64,000 nt of DNA from an uncultured Gammaproteobacteria bacterium (lineage in GTDB: Bacteria; Patescibacteriota; Microgenomatia; UBA8517), in assembly GCA_964617045.1 (NCBI GenBank), contig CAZTVZ010000003.1, positions 32,257-96,256 on the forward strand, in the 5' to 3' direction. The translations under genes were made by a program, and so were the position numbers. Below are positions 53,286 through 63,977 of this stretch, in pieces. Under the pieces are notes generated by a model, which saw only the letters and a list, made by a program, of their open reading frames with translations, searched no databases and had not been told where the DNA came from. Numbering within the stretch: the stretch's first letter is position 1; every line of letters begins with the position of its first letter.

Positions 53286-54140
53286 TTATAACTTAAATCC
53301 TTTTCCCCTAAGCTGACGCAATATTTCCGGCCATAAATCTGTGGGGTGAAATATTGCCCTGTCTTCCCTGACAATTTCTTTGGTAATTTTATCTTTCATA
53401 TATTTATGCTGCAGATTAAAAAGCATTTTTTCTATTCTCCCCGCCTGTACCCTTATCGCTGTGTTTTCTCTTTTGTTAATGGAAATCGAACTGGGCCAAT
53501 AATCTTTTACCCAAATGTTTTCTGACAAAAACCTTTCATATACATTCCTTCTGTTAAGTAGTGGTTTGACCTGTATTATTTCGTGGGCAGAAAAAATATT
53601 TCTTTCTTTCTCCGGCCAAACCAGACTAGATTCATCCAACCACATGTTCATGCAAAGCCTGTCTTTCTGGTCCACAATTCCGTGTCTTCTCATTTTAAAT
53701 CCACTTGCTGTTAATAAAAGGAAAGACAAAAGACGGGAAGTCCACAGTCTTCCACTTTTAACGATAATCATCAAATCAATATCTCCTTCTTCTTTTGCAT
53801 TACCCATTGCTACAGATCCGGTTAAAAAGACCCCTGTAATCCAAGGAATAAGAGATAGTATTCGGACAGATTTCTTCGCAATTAATTGTTTTTTCTCGGA
53901 TAATCTTTTCCTTAAAGCTCTTTTAAGAAGAAGTCCTTCCTGGCCATTAATAAAATAGAATCCTTTTTGATAACCGATGTCCTTCGGTAAATGGTATGGT
54001 TTAATCAGTTTTGGAGAAACCTCCCATTTGATTAACTCCCCGGAACTTAACGGATATTCGAAAATGTTGTGATAGACGATAGAAGCAAGCGTTGTTGGAG
54101 AAACAATATCTCCAATTTTACTGACCTGTTGCAAAACCAT
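53286..54140 (-). CDS. nucleotidyltransferase-domain protein (Pol-beta-like NT fold; hypothetical)
   Basis: GSVAMGNAKEEGDIDLMIIV is a minimal NTase motif (GS...D.D). The start is uncertain. The six-frame ORF extends to 54182 and overlaps the next gene. Confidence 0.45.
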   Translation of the reverse strand: MVLQQVSKIGDIVSPTTLASIVYHNIFEYPLSSGELIKWEVSPKLIKPYHLPKDIGYQKGFYFINGQEGLLLKRALRKRLSEKKQLIAKKSVRILSLIPWITGVFLTGSVAMGNAKEEGDIDLMIIVKSGRLWTSRLLSFLLLTASGFKMRRHGIVDQKDRLCMNMWLDESSLVWPEKERNIFSAHEIIQVKPLLNRRNVYERFLSENIWVKDYWPSSISINKRENTAIRVQAGRIEKMLFNLQHKYMKDKITKEIVREDRAIFHPTDLWPEILRQLRGKGFKL

Positions 54141-55530
54141 ATTGAGATAATACCTGTTTGACTCCCTGGGCAACAGTCTCAAGTGCTTTGTTTGTTGGAT
54201 TATTGGTATTAACAGAATTTATTGCATCTTCGAAATATTTCGAGATTAAACTGTTTATTCCCGTGTTCCCATCAAAAGTCCTGGATACCAAATACCAGCT
54301 CTGTGCATCAACCGCTGTTTCAACAATGCCACCAAGCACAGGGTCATTTTTCAACATTTCTTGCATGTCTCTTCTTGGATATGCCTCACCAAATTGTCTG
54401 GTTTTTGCTGCACTTAGATACATTTTTTCCATTGTTTCTTTTTGTGAAAGAAACTTAACAAACTTCCAGGCTTCTTCTTTGTTTTTACTTCTACTCCAGA
54501 CTCCCTCAGCCCAATAAGTTGCATAACCCGTGTCGGGTTCCGTTGGGGACTGTTTTGCAATTTGAGGAATTTTTACTACTCTGAATTTTAAACTAGGATT
54601 TTGTTCTCGTATTTCAAACGCTCTCCACGAGGGTCCAATATACATTGCCACCTTCCCTGCAGCAAAAGCAACAGTTGAGGGAGGCATCGCGGAATCCCAC
54701 ACTCCATCCGTTTTAGAAAAAACGGTGAAGTAATTCAAAGCATCTTCTGCGAGTTTTCCTGTTGGATTATTCAAATTAACCCCGTTTTGAATCATCAAAA
54801 GCGCGATTATTTCCTGCCAATGATCTACATTTTCGGTTCTTCCCATTGCTATCCCTGACCTTACAATGAGATCTTGGTCATCTTTTTGGGTTAGTTCAAC
54901 TGCCAAGGCCCTCAGATCATCCCATGTTGCAGGAGGATTTTTCCCTTCCTGAGAAAAAATATCTTCGTTAATATATAAACCCAAACCGTCATACATCAAA
55001 GGAACTCCCACGATTCCACTGTTGCCGGTCAAATCGGATGTTGCGATCGGATAATAATTTGTTGCAAATTCCGAAGCCGACATAACGGAAGCAGGCATAG
55101 TATCCAATTCTCCCCTAAACATAGGCACCCAAGAGTTGTGGAATCTAAAGATATCCGGGCCCGTTCCTTTGGCAAAAGAGTTTGTTAGTCTCTCGCGGTA
55201 GTCCTGATGAGACTGTTTTACATAATTTATTTTAATTTTCGGATTTTCATTTTCATATTCGGCAATAATTGGAGCAACAATGGATTGATCTTCCCATAAA
55301 CCCCACCAAGTTATTGTTGTTTCCGAACCGGGGACTCCCTTTCCCAGCAAAAATATTCCCGCGATTATCACTCCAAGAGCGGCAAGAACGGCAATTAGAA
55401 TAATTACAAACTTGGAATTATTTTTCTTGGGTGGAGGTGGAGTGTTAATACCCACACTTGACTGAACAGTGACCGGACTCGGTATTTGTTGTTGCACAAT
55501 CGGTGGATTTTGAGGTGCTTGATTTTCCAT
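54118..55530 (-). CDS. extracellular solute-binding protein (ABC sugar-transporter SBP family 1), TM-anchored, orphan
   Basis: A Pro/Gln-rich N-terminal tail precedes a TM (FVIILIAVLAALGVIIAGIFLL). An SBP-1 fold follows (TWWGLWEDQ..., GPDIFRFHNSWVP). No permease or ATPase gene is nearby. Confidence 0.65.
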   Translation of the reverse strand: MENQAPQNPPIVQQQIPSPVTVQSSVGINTPPPPKKNNSKFVIILIAVLAALGVIIAGIFLLGKGVPGSETTITWWGLWEDQSIVAPIIAEYENENPKIKINYVKQSHQDYRERLTNSFAKGTGPDIFRFHNSWVPMFRGELDTMPASVMSASEFATNYYPIATSDLTGNSGIVGVPLMYDGLGLYINEDIFSQEGKNPPATWDDLRALAVELTQKDDQDLIVRSGIAMGRTENVDHWQEIIALLMIQNGVNLNNPTGKLAEDALNYFTVFSKTDGVWDSAMPPSTVAFAAGKVAMYIGPSWRAFEIREQNPSLKFRVVKIPQIAKQSPTEPDTGYATYWAEGVWSRSKNKEEAWKFVKFLSQKETMEKMYLSAAKTRQFGEAYPRRDMQEMLKNDPVLGGIVETAVDAQSWYLVSRTFDGNTGINSLISKYFEDAINSVNTNNPTNKALETVAQGVKQVLSQYGFATGQ

Positions 55531-55587
55531 AATGTTGATAGAGATTTAGCTCAATTCTACAATATAAATGTTATCATACAGACATAC

Positions 55588-57351
55588 ATGTTTAAACTTA
55601 AAAAACCGAAAATTAAGCTTAAAGGAATTTTTAAAAAAATGCTTCCCTATTTGACGATAATTACATTATTCATCGCAACCCTCTCGGGATACTTTTTATA
55701 CTATTCCGGGAAAATATACCCCAACATATTTGTAGCAGGAATTTCCGTTGGAGGACTCTCCCCTCAAGAAGCGATAGAAAAGCTTGGATACTCGATTAAA
55801 CCTTTGGACAAAGTAGTACTTGTTCATGAAGAAACAGTTACAGATATCCCCCTGAAAGAAATTGATACCGAATATGATTTTCCGGAAACGATAAGGGCGG
55901 CATATGAATATACCAGGACAGGAAATTTTATTTATGACATTGGAACAAGAATAAATATTCTACAAAATAAACCTAATCTGGGCTTAAGAGTATCGGTTAA
56001 CGAGGAAAAGCTACAAAAAATAATTGATGATTTTTCAGAGAAGATTGGAAGCGAACCGATATACCCAATTGCTACTGTTGAAAATAAGTCAGTGGTAATT
56101 GTTCAAGGAAAAGACGGAACAATTGTTGACAAGGAGAAAGCGCGTCTGGAAATAGGCCAAAATATAACGTATCTGTCCAACTCTCCAATAAATATCGAGA
56201 CAAGGCTCATTAGTACCAAGCTTAATGAAGAAGAAGAACAGTCTCTCAGATCAAGAGCAGAAAAACTAATAAACAAAGCCATCAATTTAAAATTCGAGTA
56301 TTCGAATTATTCCATCAAGGGGAATCTCCTTCTTTCATTCCTTGACGCAAGAAAAATACACGATCAGGAAAAAATAATTGCATATATTGAAGAGGTATCT
56401 TCGGGGATAGACAGGGATCCTCAAGAACCTGTTTTTGTTTTTGAAGAAGGACGAGTAAAGGATTTTGCCGCCAGCAGAGATGGTGTGTCCGTTAAAAAAG
56501 AATCCCTTTTTGACTTAATTATTGGAAATATTACCTTACTGGAAACAGGAGAAGATTCTTCCGTTGAAGTTGAAATACCTGTCAAAAGAACATCTCCAAA
56601 AGTTGGAACGGACAGTGTTAACAATCTTGGAATTAATGAGCTAATTGGAAGAGGAACTTCAAAATATGTTGGGTCTATTCCCAACAGGGTTCACAATATA
56701 AACCTGGCAACTTCCAGATTTAAGGGGATTCTTATTGCTCCCGGAGAAACTTTTTCCTTTAACGAAAAACTGGGAGATGTTTCCGAAATGACAGGATACA
56801 AACAGGCATATGTGATAAAAGAAGGAAAAACAGTGCTTGGAGACGGAGGTGGAGTTTGCCAAGTATCTTCAACTTTGTTCAGGGCAATACTCGATGCAGG
56901 CCTTCCGGTTGTTGAAAGACAAGCACATGCCTACAGGGTTGGTTATTATGAACAAGGTTCTGCACCGGGTTTTGACGCTACCGTTTATTCTCCACATCCC
57001 GATTTGAAGTTTCAAAACGATACTCCTGGTCACATTTTGATACAACCAATAATCGATTTGAAAAACTATTCTTTAATATTTGAAATTTATGGAACAGATG
57101 ACGGAAGAATATCGGAAATAGGCAAGCCGGTAATAACAAACCAGTCGGCTCCAGCAGAAGACTTATATATTGACGACCCCACGCTCCCTGCCGGAACAGT
57201 AAAACAGATTGAACATAAGGCTTGGGGCGCAAAAGTTACTTTTACCTATAAGGTCACAAGAAACGGAGAAAAGCTAATAGACAGAACTTTCATATCCAAT
57301 TATCGACCCTGGCAGGCGGTATATCTCAGAGGGACCGGACCTGCAATTTAA
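55588..57351 (+). CDS. VanW-family protein (cell-wall associated)
   Basis: The VanW core is YKQAYVIKEGKTVLGDGGGVCQVSSTLFRAILDAGLPVVERQAHAYRVGYY, with an N-terminal TM. The six-frame ORF starts at 55486, but the likely start is 55588 (MFKLKKPKIK). Confidence 0.75.
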   Translation: MFKLKKPKIKLKGIFKKMLPYLTIITLFIATLSGYFLYYSGKIYPNIFVAGISVGGLSPQEAIEKLGYSIKPLDKVVLVHEETVTDIPLKEIDTEYDFPETIRAAYEYTRTGNFIYDIGTRINILQNKPNLGLRVSVNEEKLQKIIDDFSEKIGSEPIYPIATVENKSVVIVQGKDGTIVDKEKARLEIGQNITYLSNSPINIETRLISTKLNEEEEQSLRSRAEKLINKAINLKFEYSNYSIKGNLLLSFLDARKIHDQEKIIAYIEEVSSGIDRDPQEPVFVFEEGRVKDFAASRDGVSVKKESLFDLIIGNITLLETGEDSSVEVEIPVKRTSPKVGTDSVNNLGINELIGRGTSKYVGSIPNRVHNINLATSRFKGILIAPGETFSFNEKLGDVSEMTGYKQAYVIKEGKTVLGDGGGVCQVSSTLFRAILDAGLPVVERQAHAYRVGYYEQGSAPGFDATVYSPHPDLKFQNDTPGHILIQPIIDLKNYSLIFEIYGTDDGRISEIGKPVITNQSAPAEDLYIDDPTLPAGTVKQIEHKAWGAKVTFTYKVTRNGEKLIDRTFISNYRPWQAVYLRGTGPAI

Positions 57352-57366
57352 GATATAATTCGCTTT

Positions 57367-58380
57367 ATGAAAATACTCGCAATAGAAACCAGTTGTGATG
57401 AAACATCCGTCGCTATTGTTGAAAACGGAAGAAAGATTCTTGCAAATATCGTTGCCAGCTCTGCTGATATGCATGCCAAAACAGGAGGCATTATTCCCGA
57501 ACAGGCAGCAAGACAGCAAGTTGTCAGCATCATACCTGTCCTTTCGGAAGCACTAAAATCGGCAGGTCTTGACCATAATCAAATAGACAAAATTGCTGTT
57601 ACCACAGGTCCAGGATTAATTGGGAGTCTTCTTGTGGGTATCGAAACTGCCAGAACTCTTTCTCTAATCTGGAATAAACCGATCATCCCCGTAAACCATT
57701 TAATAGCGCACCTTTACGCAAATTGGCTGATGGAAGGAGAGGAACCACAGTTCCCTGCAGTTGCGATGGTTGTATCAGGAGGTCACACAGACATCATTAT
57801 GATGAATTACCATAATGACATCGAGTGGATCGGTGGAACAAGAGACGATGCTGCGGGAGAAGCGTTCGACAAAACGGCAAGATTGCTGGGACTTCCCTAT
57901 CCAGGAGGACCGGCAATAGGGAAATCTGCCCAAGAATATATTGATAATAACCCCAATGACAAATTGAACTATTTTCCCCGCCCATTGCTGGGAGACAATA
58001 ACTATGACTTAAGTTTTTCAGGATTAAAAACAGCCGTTTTAAGAGAATCAGAGAAAAAAATAATGGATAATAGGAAGTTGGCAGCAGAAGTTCAGGAAGC
58101 AATAATTGATGTTCTTGTCGGAAAAACAATTAAAGCTGTTGAAGAATACAAACCTAAAAGTTTGTTGTTGGCAGGAGGAGTATCAGCCAACGGAAGACTT
58201 GCCGACAGGTTTAGAAAAGAAACCGAAAATATTAAATCCACCAATTTCTTCATTCCTCCTCCTAAGCTTTGTACGGACAATGCCGCATATATTGCATCCT
58301 GTGCTTTTTACAATCAAAGAGAAACAGATCCTTTCGAAATAGACGCAACCGCCGACCTGAGTATAACCGGGCAAGTTTAA
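57367..58380 (+). CDS. tsaD: tRNA N6-adenosine threonylcarbamoyltransferase TsaD (Kae1/YgjD)
   Basis: MKILAIETSCDETSVAIVENGRKILANIVASS...VSGGHT...GGVSANGRL. Confidence 0.9.
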   Translation: MKILAIETSCDETSVAIVENGRKILANIVASSADMHAKTGGIIPEQAARQQVVSIIPVLSEALKSAGLDHNQIDKIAVTTGPGLIGSLLVGIETARTLSLIWNKPIIPVNHLIAHLYANWLMEGEEPQFPAVAMVVSGGHTDIIMMNYHNDIEWIGGTRDDAAGEAFDKTARLLGLPYPGGPAIGKSAQEYIDNNPNDKLNYFPRPLLGDNNYDLSFSGLKTAVLRESEKKIMDNRKLAAEVQEAIIDVLVGKTIKAVEEYKPKSLLLAGGVSANGRLADRFRKETENIKSTNFFIPPPKLCTDNAAYIASCAFYNQRETDPFEIDATADLSITGQV

Positions 58381-58410
58381 TTAAGCTCGATTGTTAGATA
58401 TAATCAAGCC

Positions 58411-60480
58411 ATGGAGAAATTTTACGATCATATAAAATTTGAAAAAGATATTTATACCCTTTGGGAAAAAAGCGGAGCGTTAACACCAGAAATCGAAAAG
58501 GGTAAAAGGCCATACACAATAATAATGCCTCCCCCCAACGCCAACGACAATCTTCACATCGGCCATGCAAGATTTATAACTATCGAGGATACTCTCGCAA
58601 GATATTTTAGATTAAAAGGGTTTCCAACTCTCTGGCTTCCCGGCGCAGACCATGCCGGAATTGAAACACAATTTGTTTTTGAGAAAAAACTTAAGAAGGA
58701 AGGCAAGTCTAGGTTTGATTTCGGAAGAGAGGAATTATATCGAATGATTTGGAAATATGTTTTCGAAAACAAGGACAACATGGAAGGGCAGCTAAAAGCA
58801 TTGGGGGCATCCTGTGATTGGACAAGAAACAGATTTACTTTAGATCCAGATATAGTAAATATTGTGTACGATACCTTTTATAAACTCCATAAAGATGGCC
58901 TTATATACCGTGGAGAAAGAATCGTAAATTATTGTCCCAGATGCGGAACGGCATTCTCACAACTTGAAGTTGAATCAGAAGAAAGAACTGACAACTTGTA
59001 TTATTTAGACTACGGTTCAGTCAAAATAGCAACAAGCAGACCTGAAACAATTTTTGCTGACGTGGCAATTGCTGTTAATCCCGAGGACTCAAAATATAAA
59101 ACACTGGTTGGTTCAAGTGCGACTATTCCCCTAATCGGTCGCCAAATACCAATCATCGCGGATAAAATGGTTGAAAAAGAATTTGGTACCGGAGCTTTAA
59201 AAATTACTCCAGGTCATGACCAGGCTGATTTTGAAATAGGACAAAGACATAACCTTCCAATCATTTCTCTTATTGATGAAACAGGAAGAATGATTAACAC
59301 TCCCGAAAAATACATCGGAATGAAGGTGGAAAAAGCCAGAGAAGAAATTGTTCAAGATTTGGAAAAAGCTGGAGTGTTGGTCAAAATCGAACCATTAAAA
59401 CACGTCGTCGGCGTGTGTTACAGAGACAGGGGGATACTGGAACCCATGATTTCCAAACAATGGTTTATTAAAGTCGAGCCTCTTGCAAAAAGAGCTTTAA
59501 AAGCAATTGCTGACAAAGAAGTAAGGTTTGCCAGCAAAAGATACGAAAAAATTGCAAAACATTGGTTAAACAATCTTCGGGATTGGAACATCAGTAGACA
59601 AATCGTTTGGGGAATAAGAATACCTGCATATAGGTGCGAAAAATGTATGGAATGGATAATTACCAAAGGAGAAAAACCAAACAAATGCGGTTGTGGAGGA
59701 ACCGAATTTATTCAAGATGCTGACACGTTTGATACATGGTTCTCTTCGGGACAGTGGCCATTTGCCACGTTAAAATCGTGGAGCGAAAAAGATTTTGAGT
59801 ATTTTTACCCCACAAGCGTAATGGAAACTGGATATGACATTCTCCCCTTCTGGGTACTTAGGATGTTAATGTTGGGACTTTACGTTACAGGAAAAGTTCC
59901 TTTTGAAAACATTCTTCTTCACGGACTTGTTCGAGACAAAGAAGGCCAAAAAATCAGCAAATCTAAAGGTAATGTGATTGACCCTCAAGACATGGCAAAT
60001 AAATACGGCGCAGATGCCGTAAGAATGAGTCTGGTTTGGGGAACTCTTATAGAAAACGATATTGCATTATCCGAAGACAATATAAGAGGTCAAAGAAATT
60101 TCGCTAATAAAATATGGAATATTTCCCGATTTGTGTTTATGAATGAGCGGGGTAAAAAAACAATTCAAAATGAGGACGATAAATGGATATTATCGGAATT
60201 TAAAAAAACAGCCAGGAAAGTATCGTCATTAATTGAAAAATATCGACTAAACGAAGCAGCCGAACTTCTCTACGATTTTACATGGAAAAAATTGGCCGAC
60301 CAATATTTGGAAAAGATTAAAGACAGAAAGGAAGAGGCCCAATACACATTGGAAAAAGTGCTGGAAAGTACTTTAATAATTCTTCATCCTTTTATGCCTT
60401 TCGTTACCGAGGCAATATGGCAACAAGGAAAAGAAAGATTCAGTTCTCCCCAGCTTATAACCGCCAAGTGGCCGAAATAA
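58411..60480 (+). CDS. valS: valine--tRNA ligase, short form
   Basis: Shows PPPNANDNLHIGHA (HIGH), PGADHAGIETQ and KISKSKGN (KMSKS). At 689 aa it lacks the usual C-terminal coiled-coil. Confidence 0.85.
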   Translation: MEKFYDHIKFEKDIYTLWEKSGALTPEIEKGKRPYTIIMPPPNANDNLHIGHARFITIEDTLARYFRLKGFPTLWLPGADHAGIETQFVFEKKLKKEGKSRFDFGREELYRMIWKYVFENKDNMEGQLKALGASCDWTRNRFTLDPDIVNIVYDTFYKLHKDGLIYRGERIVNYCPRCGTAFSQLEVESEERTDNLYYLDYGSVKIATSRPETIFADVAIAVNPEDSKYKTLVGSSATIPLIGRQIPIIADKMVEKEFGTGALKITPGHDQADFEIGQRHNLPIISLIDETGRMINTPEKYIGMKVEKAREEIVQDLEKAGVLVKIEPLKHVVGVCYRDRGILEPMISKQWFIKVEPLAKRALKAIADKEVRFASKRYEKIAKHWLNNLRDWNISRQIVWGIRIPAYRCEKCMEWIITKGEKPNKCGCGGTEFIQDADTFDTWFSSGQWPFATLKSWSEKDFEYFYPTSVMETGYDILPFWVLRMLMLGLYVTGKVPFENILLHGLVRDKEGQKISKSKGNVIDPQDMANKYGADAVRMSLVWGTLIENDIALSEDNIRGQRNFANKIWNISRFVFMNERGKKTIQNEDDKWILSEFKKTARKVSSLIEKYRLNEAAELLYDFTWKKLADQYLEKIKDRKEEAQYTLEKVLESTLIILHPFMPFVTEAIWQQGKERFSSPQLITAKWPK

Positions 60481-60529
60481 TTGGCTTGATAAACCAAGAG
60501 GCTTAATTCATAATCTTATTAGATTTCTT

Positions 60530-60910
60530 ATGCCCAAAAAATCTAAGAATAAAAAAGTCAGTAAAAAAATATCCTTTAGAAAAGAGATCGTCTATTTATG
60601 CTCTTGTTGTGCAGTAATCCTAATTGCACTTCTCACAACAGCAAACATGAATCAGTTTGTAAAAACAAACAATGTCTTGGGAGCAAACAACAAAATAATT
60701 GACGAGACACCGCAAATGCTTCAAAACCAAAAGGAATATTGGTTATCATTTTTGGATGAACATCCCGGATATTTGGACGGGTGGATTGAACTAACTCGCA
60801 TAAGTCTTGAACAAGGGGATACGGTCCAAGCAAGAATATATTTCGACAAAGCCAATGAAATATCTCCCAACTCCAGTAAAATAATGCCTTATAAAGAAGT
60901 GTTTAAATAA
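60530..60910 (+). CDS. small membrane-anchored protein with one TPR-like repeat (hypothetical)
   Basis: A basic N-terminus precedes a TM (IVYLCSCCAVILIALLTTA), followed by YLDGWIELTRISLEQGDTVQARIYFDKANEISP. Confidence 0.3.
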   Translation: MPKKSKNKKVSKKISFRKEIVYLCSCCAVILIALLTTANMNQFVKTNNVLGANNKIIDETPQMLQNQKEYWLSFLDEHPGYLDGWIELTRISLEQGDTVQARIYFDKANEISPNSSKIMPYKEVFK

Positions 60911-60912
60911 TA

Positions 60913-61587
60913 TTATTCTTGAGGTGTTTCTTCAGAGGCTGTTTCGGATACTTCTCCCTCTTTTTTCTCACCTTCTGCTTCAGTTTCTTCACCTTCAGCA
61001 GGAATTGGTGCTTCTTCTTCTTTTTGAGGTGGTTCTACTTTTGCAAGAACAGCTTCAACATCTGTTAAAATTGTAACTTTTGAGGAATCGTAAGAAAGAT
61101 CTTTTACAAATATCGTTTGTTCGACTTCGGCCATATTAGAAATATCTACAACAAATTTTTCCGGAAGGTCTGCAGGCAATGCTTCCACTTCTACTTCGTC
61201 AAAATACAATACAACTGTTCCAATACCCTGCTGTTCGGCCGGGGATTCTCCTGATATTTCAACAGGTACGTTTGCTGAAATCTTCTCTGTCAAATCAACA
61301 GCTCTAAAATCAACATGCATGGGCTCATCGGAAAGCGGATCGCTTTGAAGATTAGATATTAGAACAACTTTGTTTGTTTCTTTTCCGTTTTCTATGGAAA
61401 GATCAATAAGTCCTGTTTCTCCTACCTTTTCGAATATACTTTTAAAAGAATCTAAAGGAAGTTCAATCGCAATTGAATCCATATTCTTTCCGAAAACATT
61501 TCCCGGAAGAATTCCTTGTTTTCGAAGGTTTTTGACTTTCCTTCCTGCAACTGTCCTTGCTTTAGCTGTAAGTTTTACTTTATCCAT
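60913..61587 (-). CDS. rplY: 50S ribosomal protein L25 / general stress protein Ctc, with acidic C-terminal tail
   Basis: KLTAKARTVAGRKVKNLRKQGILPGNVFGK... matches L25/Ctc. The C-terminus is Glu-rich. Confidence 0.85.
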   Translation of the reverse strand: MDKVKLTAKARTVAGRKVKNLRKQGILPGNVFGKNMDSIAIELPLDSFKSIFEKVGETGLIDLSIENGKETNKVVLISNLQSDPLSDEPMHVDFRAVDLTEKISANVPVEISGESPAEQQGIGTVVLYFDEVEVEALPADLPEKFVVDISNMAEVEQTIFVKDLSYDSSKVTILTDVEAVLAKVEPPQKEEEAPIPAEGEETEAEGEKKEGEVSETASEETPQE

Positions 61588-61589
61588 TT

Positions 61590-63977
61590 TTACCAGCCGA
61601 GTCTGACAAAAAGATCTCGTGCTAGGTTCGTATTATATACGTAGAACCCACTTCGGGTCAAGGCAAATGAAGGCCAGGTGTTTACTTTCAGTCCATAAGG
61701 AGGCGAATATGTAAGATTTATTGTATCCTCATCGGTTCCAGACTGCTTGCGTACATATAAACGATATTCCCCTTGCGATGTGAAATCGAGCACTGAAGGC
61801 AATCTCCAGGATACAACTACTGTTTTTTTCTGTGAAGGGAGAACTTCCAGCAAAAGTCCAAGCTCCTCTCTTTCGGACATTTCATCAATTTGTACATCAA
61901 GGGGCATTCGCGTTTCACCACTAAGCTGGTATGCTTCCACGGACACAGCATCTTTGGGGACAATTATTCTTAAGAAATTCTTATATACACCCGTTAATCC
62001 CATTCCTTGACCAGCATTATTCTTGTATACGATCGATAGTTTTTTATCAATAAAACCTTGGTCAAATTTTGTGTCCAGCCCCACACTTCTTTCAACAAAA
62101 TAGTTAGATTTATTTACACCCAAGTTTGCGTCTACAAGTCCAAAAAAATCTGCCTGACAATTTCCTGTGCATTTTGGAATATACACCTCACCGGAATATC
62201 CCTGAGAAGATATTACTTTCTGCACTTCCCTGTCATGAACAAACAGCTGAATATGCTTTTCTCCAAGAAGAGATAAAAGGGTTTCGCCAAGCGGGTAAAT
62301 ATTTTTTCCTTCCAAAGATGTAATTTCGGTTATTAGTTGTTGTGTAAGTGCACTTAAAAAATTTGCCTTTTTGTACGATCCGGGGAAAAAGTTGTTTTCA
62401 ACTTCGAGTTGGGTTTTTTCGTACAAGTTGTCGTAATTTATCTGGGTATTAAAATCCGTCAGAGTAACTGGCCCCGTTATCTTAACCAACTCTTTTGCCA
62501 CAGCAAGGTCTATCGATATTACTCCGTCTACTTTGACATCTATCTCTTTTTCCAAAAACCATTCTATCCTTTTTGCGGAAGTCGGGAAATCGGGATCCCA
62601 ATTCGAATCCCTCAGATACCAGTTGGCCTCTCCCAAGACCTCTCTAATTGGCTTTGGCGGCTCCACGTGGCCTTTTAATTGTCCGTCTGCGGCATATACA
62701 TCTTGTACATCAATATTGGTCATTCTACCCTTCTCAAAATGAACAATCGCAAACGAGCCGATAAACCCCCCTGTTGGTCTTAACTCCATATTATTTTGAA
62801 AAACAATCAGATACTTCTTCTGTTCCCTGTCTCCCAACAATTCCGGCATTCTGTCCACCACCGTCTTACCAGAAAGCAACCCTTCTTTTACGGAGTCTAT
62901 ATCAACGCTTTCAATGTATCTTTTAAACAAATCGACCTTAAATACTTTAGATGCTTTTATTTCCCCTTCCAAAAATGAAATTCGTCTATACAGATCATCA
63001 AGTCCAAGTGAAAGTTCCGAGGTGTAAGGTTTTATGTCGTATGGTGAATCTCCAAACACTTTATCAAAAAGATCTGTTGCATTTTGAAAAACAACGTGCA
63101 TTTCCGAACCAATTTCAGATCCAGAGAATACAGCTGAAGAAATATCATAGGAGGGAGAATAGACAAATCCCAAAAGAGGAATTGCAGATAACGGTTGGGA
63201 AATGTTTTTACCGGACAAAGCAATACTTCGGCTTACCTTAAATGAATTATTTGCTGATTCAAAATGTTGATCTTTAATATTCGTTACACCGGACTTGAAA
63301 GCAATAAGTGAAATTCCAGCAATCAAATATGGGAATATAAATATCAATGTTACAGGCAATAACACTTTTAGATATTTTCTAAAACCACCTTGCCATGCAA
63401 CCTTTGGTTTATTGATTCGGGGAAAATCGATGTTCGGGAATGCCCACTCTCTTTTCTTAATAGGCATTTGTACTTTTGGCTTTACTTCTACAGGGCCTTC
63501 AATTGTTGGTGTATTAATTATTTCTTTTTGTTTATTTTCAAAAGAAGGAGGATGAGCAGCAAACCAGCCGAATGTTTCATTTAATGCACCATCAATAATT
63601 TTTTGTGTTTTTAGTACAACCTCGTTTTGATTTTCTTGAACCTTTTTCCCGTCTTTTAAGACAAATACTCTGTTTGGGAACTTTTGTAATAATAACTTAT
63701 GAATATCCAAGGCGCTCAATTTTTCAGAATATATGGAAATGTTTTCTGCAGGTGGACCAAAAGAAAACATTATCTTAACAATTTCTTTCGAAAGGTCAGG
63801 AATAAATGTTGGATAATAATTTTCGTTGGTATTAATACTTATGGTTTTTGTTGTGAGAATGTCTTTGATAATGGAAGAAAGGCCTTCTCTAAAATCCATT
63901 CTGGGTCCCAACAAATCACCATAATAAATGTTTAAAGAGGAAGTCCCTTTATTATTAGTGTTTTTAATAGGCAACAA
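61590..63977 (-). CDS. large membrane-anchored DUF4012-like protein (cell-envelope associated; hypothetical)
   Basis: A TM lies at about residue 200 (YLKVLLPVTLIFIFPYLIAGISLIAF). The conserved core is ELRPTGGFIGSFAIVHFEKGRMTNIDVQDVYAADGQL. The true start may be internal. The six-frame ORF gives 795 aa and begins 23 nt before the window end. Confidence 0.45.
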   Translation of the reverse strand: MLPIKNTNNKGTSSLNIYYGDLLGPRMDFREGLSSIIKDILTTKTISINTNENYYPTFIPDLSKEIVKIMFSFGPPAENISIYSEKLSALDIHKLLLQKFPNRVFVLKDGKKVQENQNEVVLKTQKIIDGALNETFGWFAAHPPSFENKQKEIINTPTIEGPVEVKPKVQMPIKKREWAFPNIDFPRINKPKVAWQGGFRKYLKVLLPVTLIFIFPYLIAGISLIAFKSGVTNIKDQHFESANNSFKVSRSIALSGKNISQPLSAIPLLGFVYSPSYDISSAVFSGSEIGSEMHVVFQNATDLFDKVFGDSPYDIKPYTSELSLGLDDLYRRISFLEGEIKASKVFKVDLFKRYIESVDIDSVKEGLLSGKTVVDRMPELLGDREQKKYLIVFQNNMELRPTGGFIGSFAIVHFEKGRMTNIDVQDVYAADGQLKGHVEPPKPIREVLGEANWYLRDSNWDPDFPTSAKRIEWFLEKEIDVKVDGVISIDLAVAKELVKITGPVTLTDFNTQINYDNLYEKTQLEVENNFFPGSYKKANFLSALTQQLITEITSLEGKNIYPLGETLLSLLGEKHIQLFVHDREVQKVISSQGYSGEVYIPKCTGNCQADFFGLVDANLGVNKSNYFVERSVGLDTKFDQGFIDKKLSIVYKNNAGQGMGLTGVYKNFLRIIVPKDAVSVEAYQLSGETRMPLDVQIDEMSEREELGLLLEVLPSQKKTVVVSWRLPSVLDFTSQGEYRLYVRKQSGTDEDTINLTYSPPYGLKVNTWPSFALTRSGFYVYNTNLARDLFVRLGW

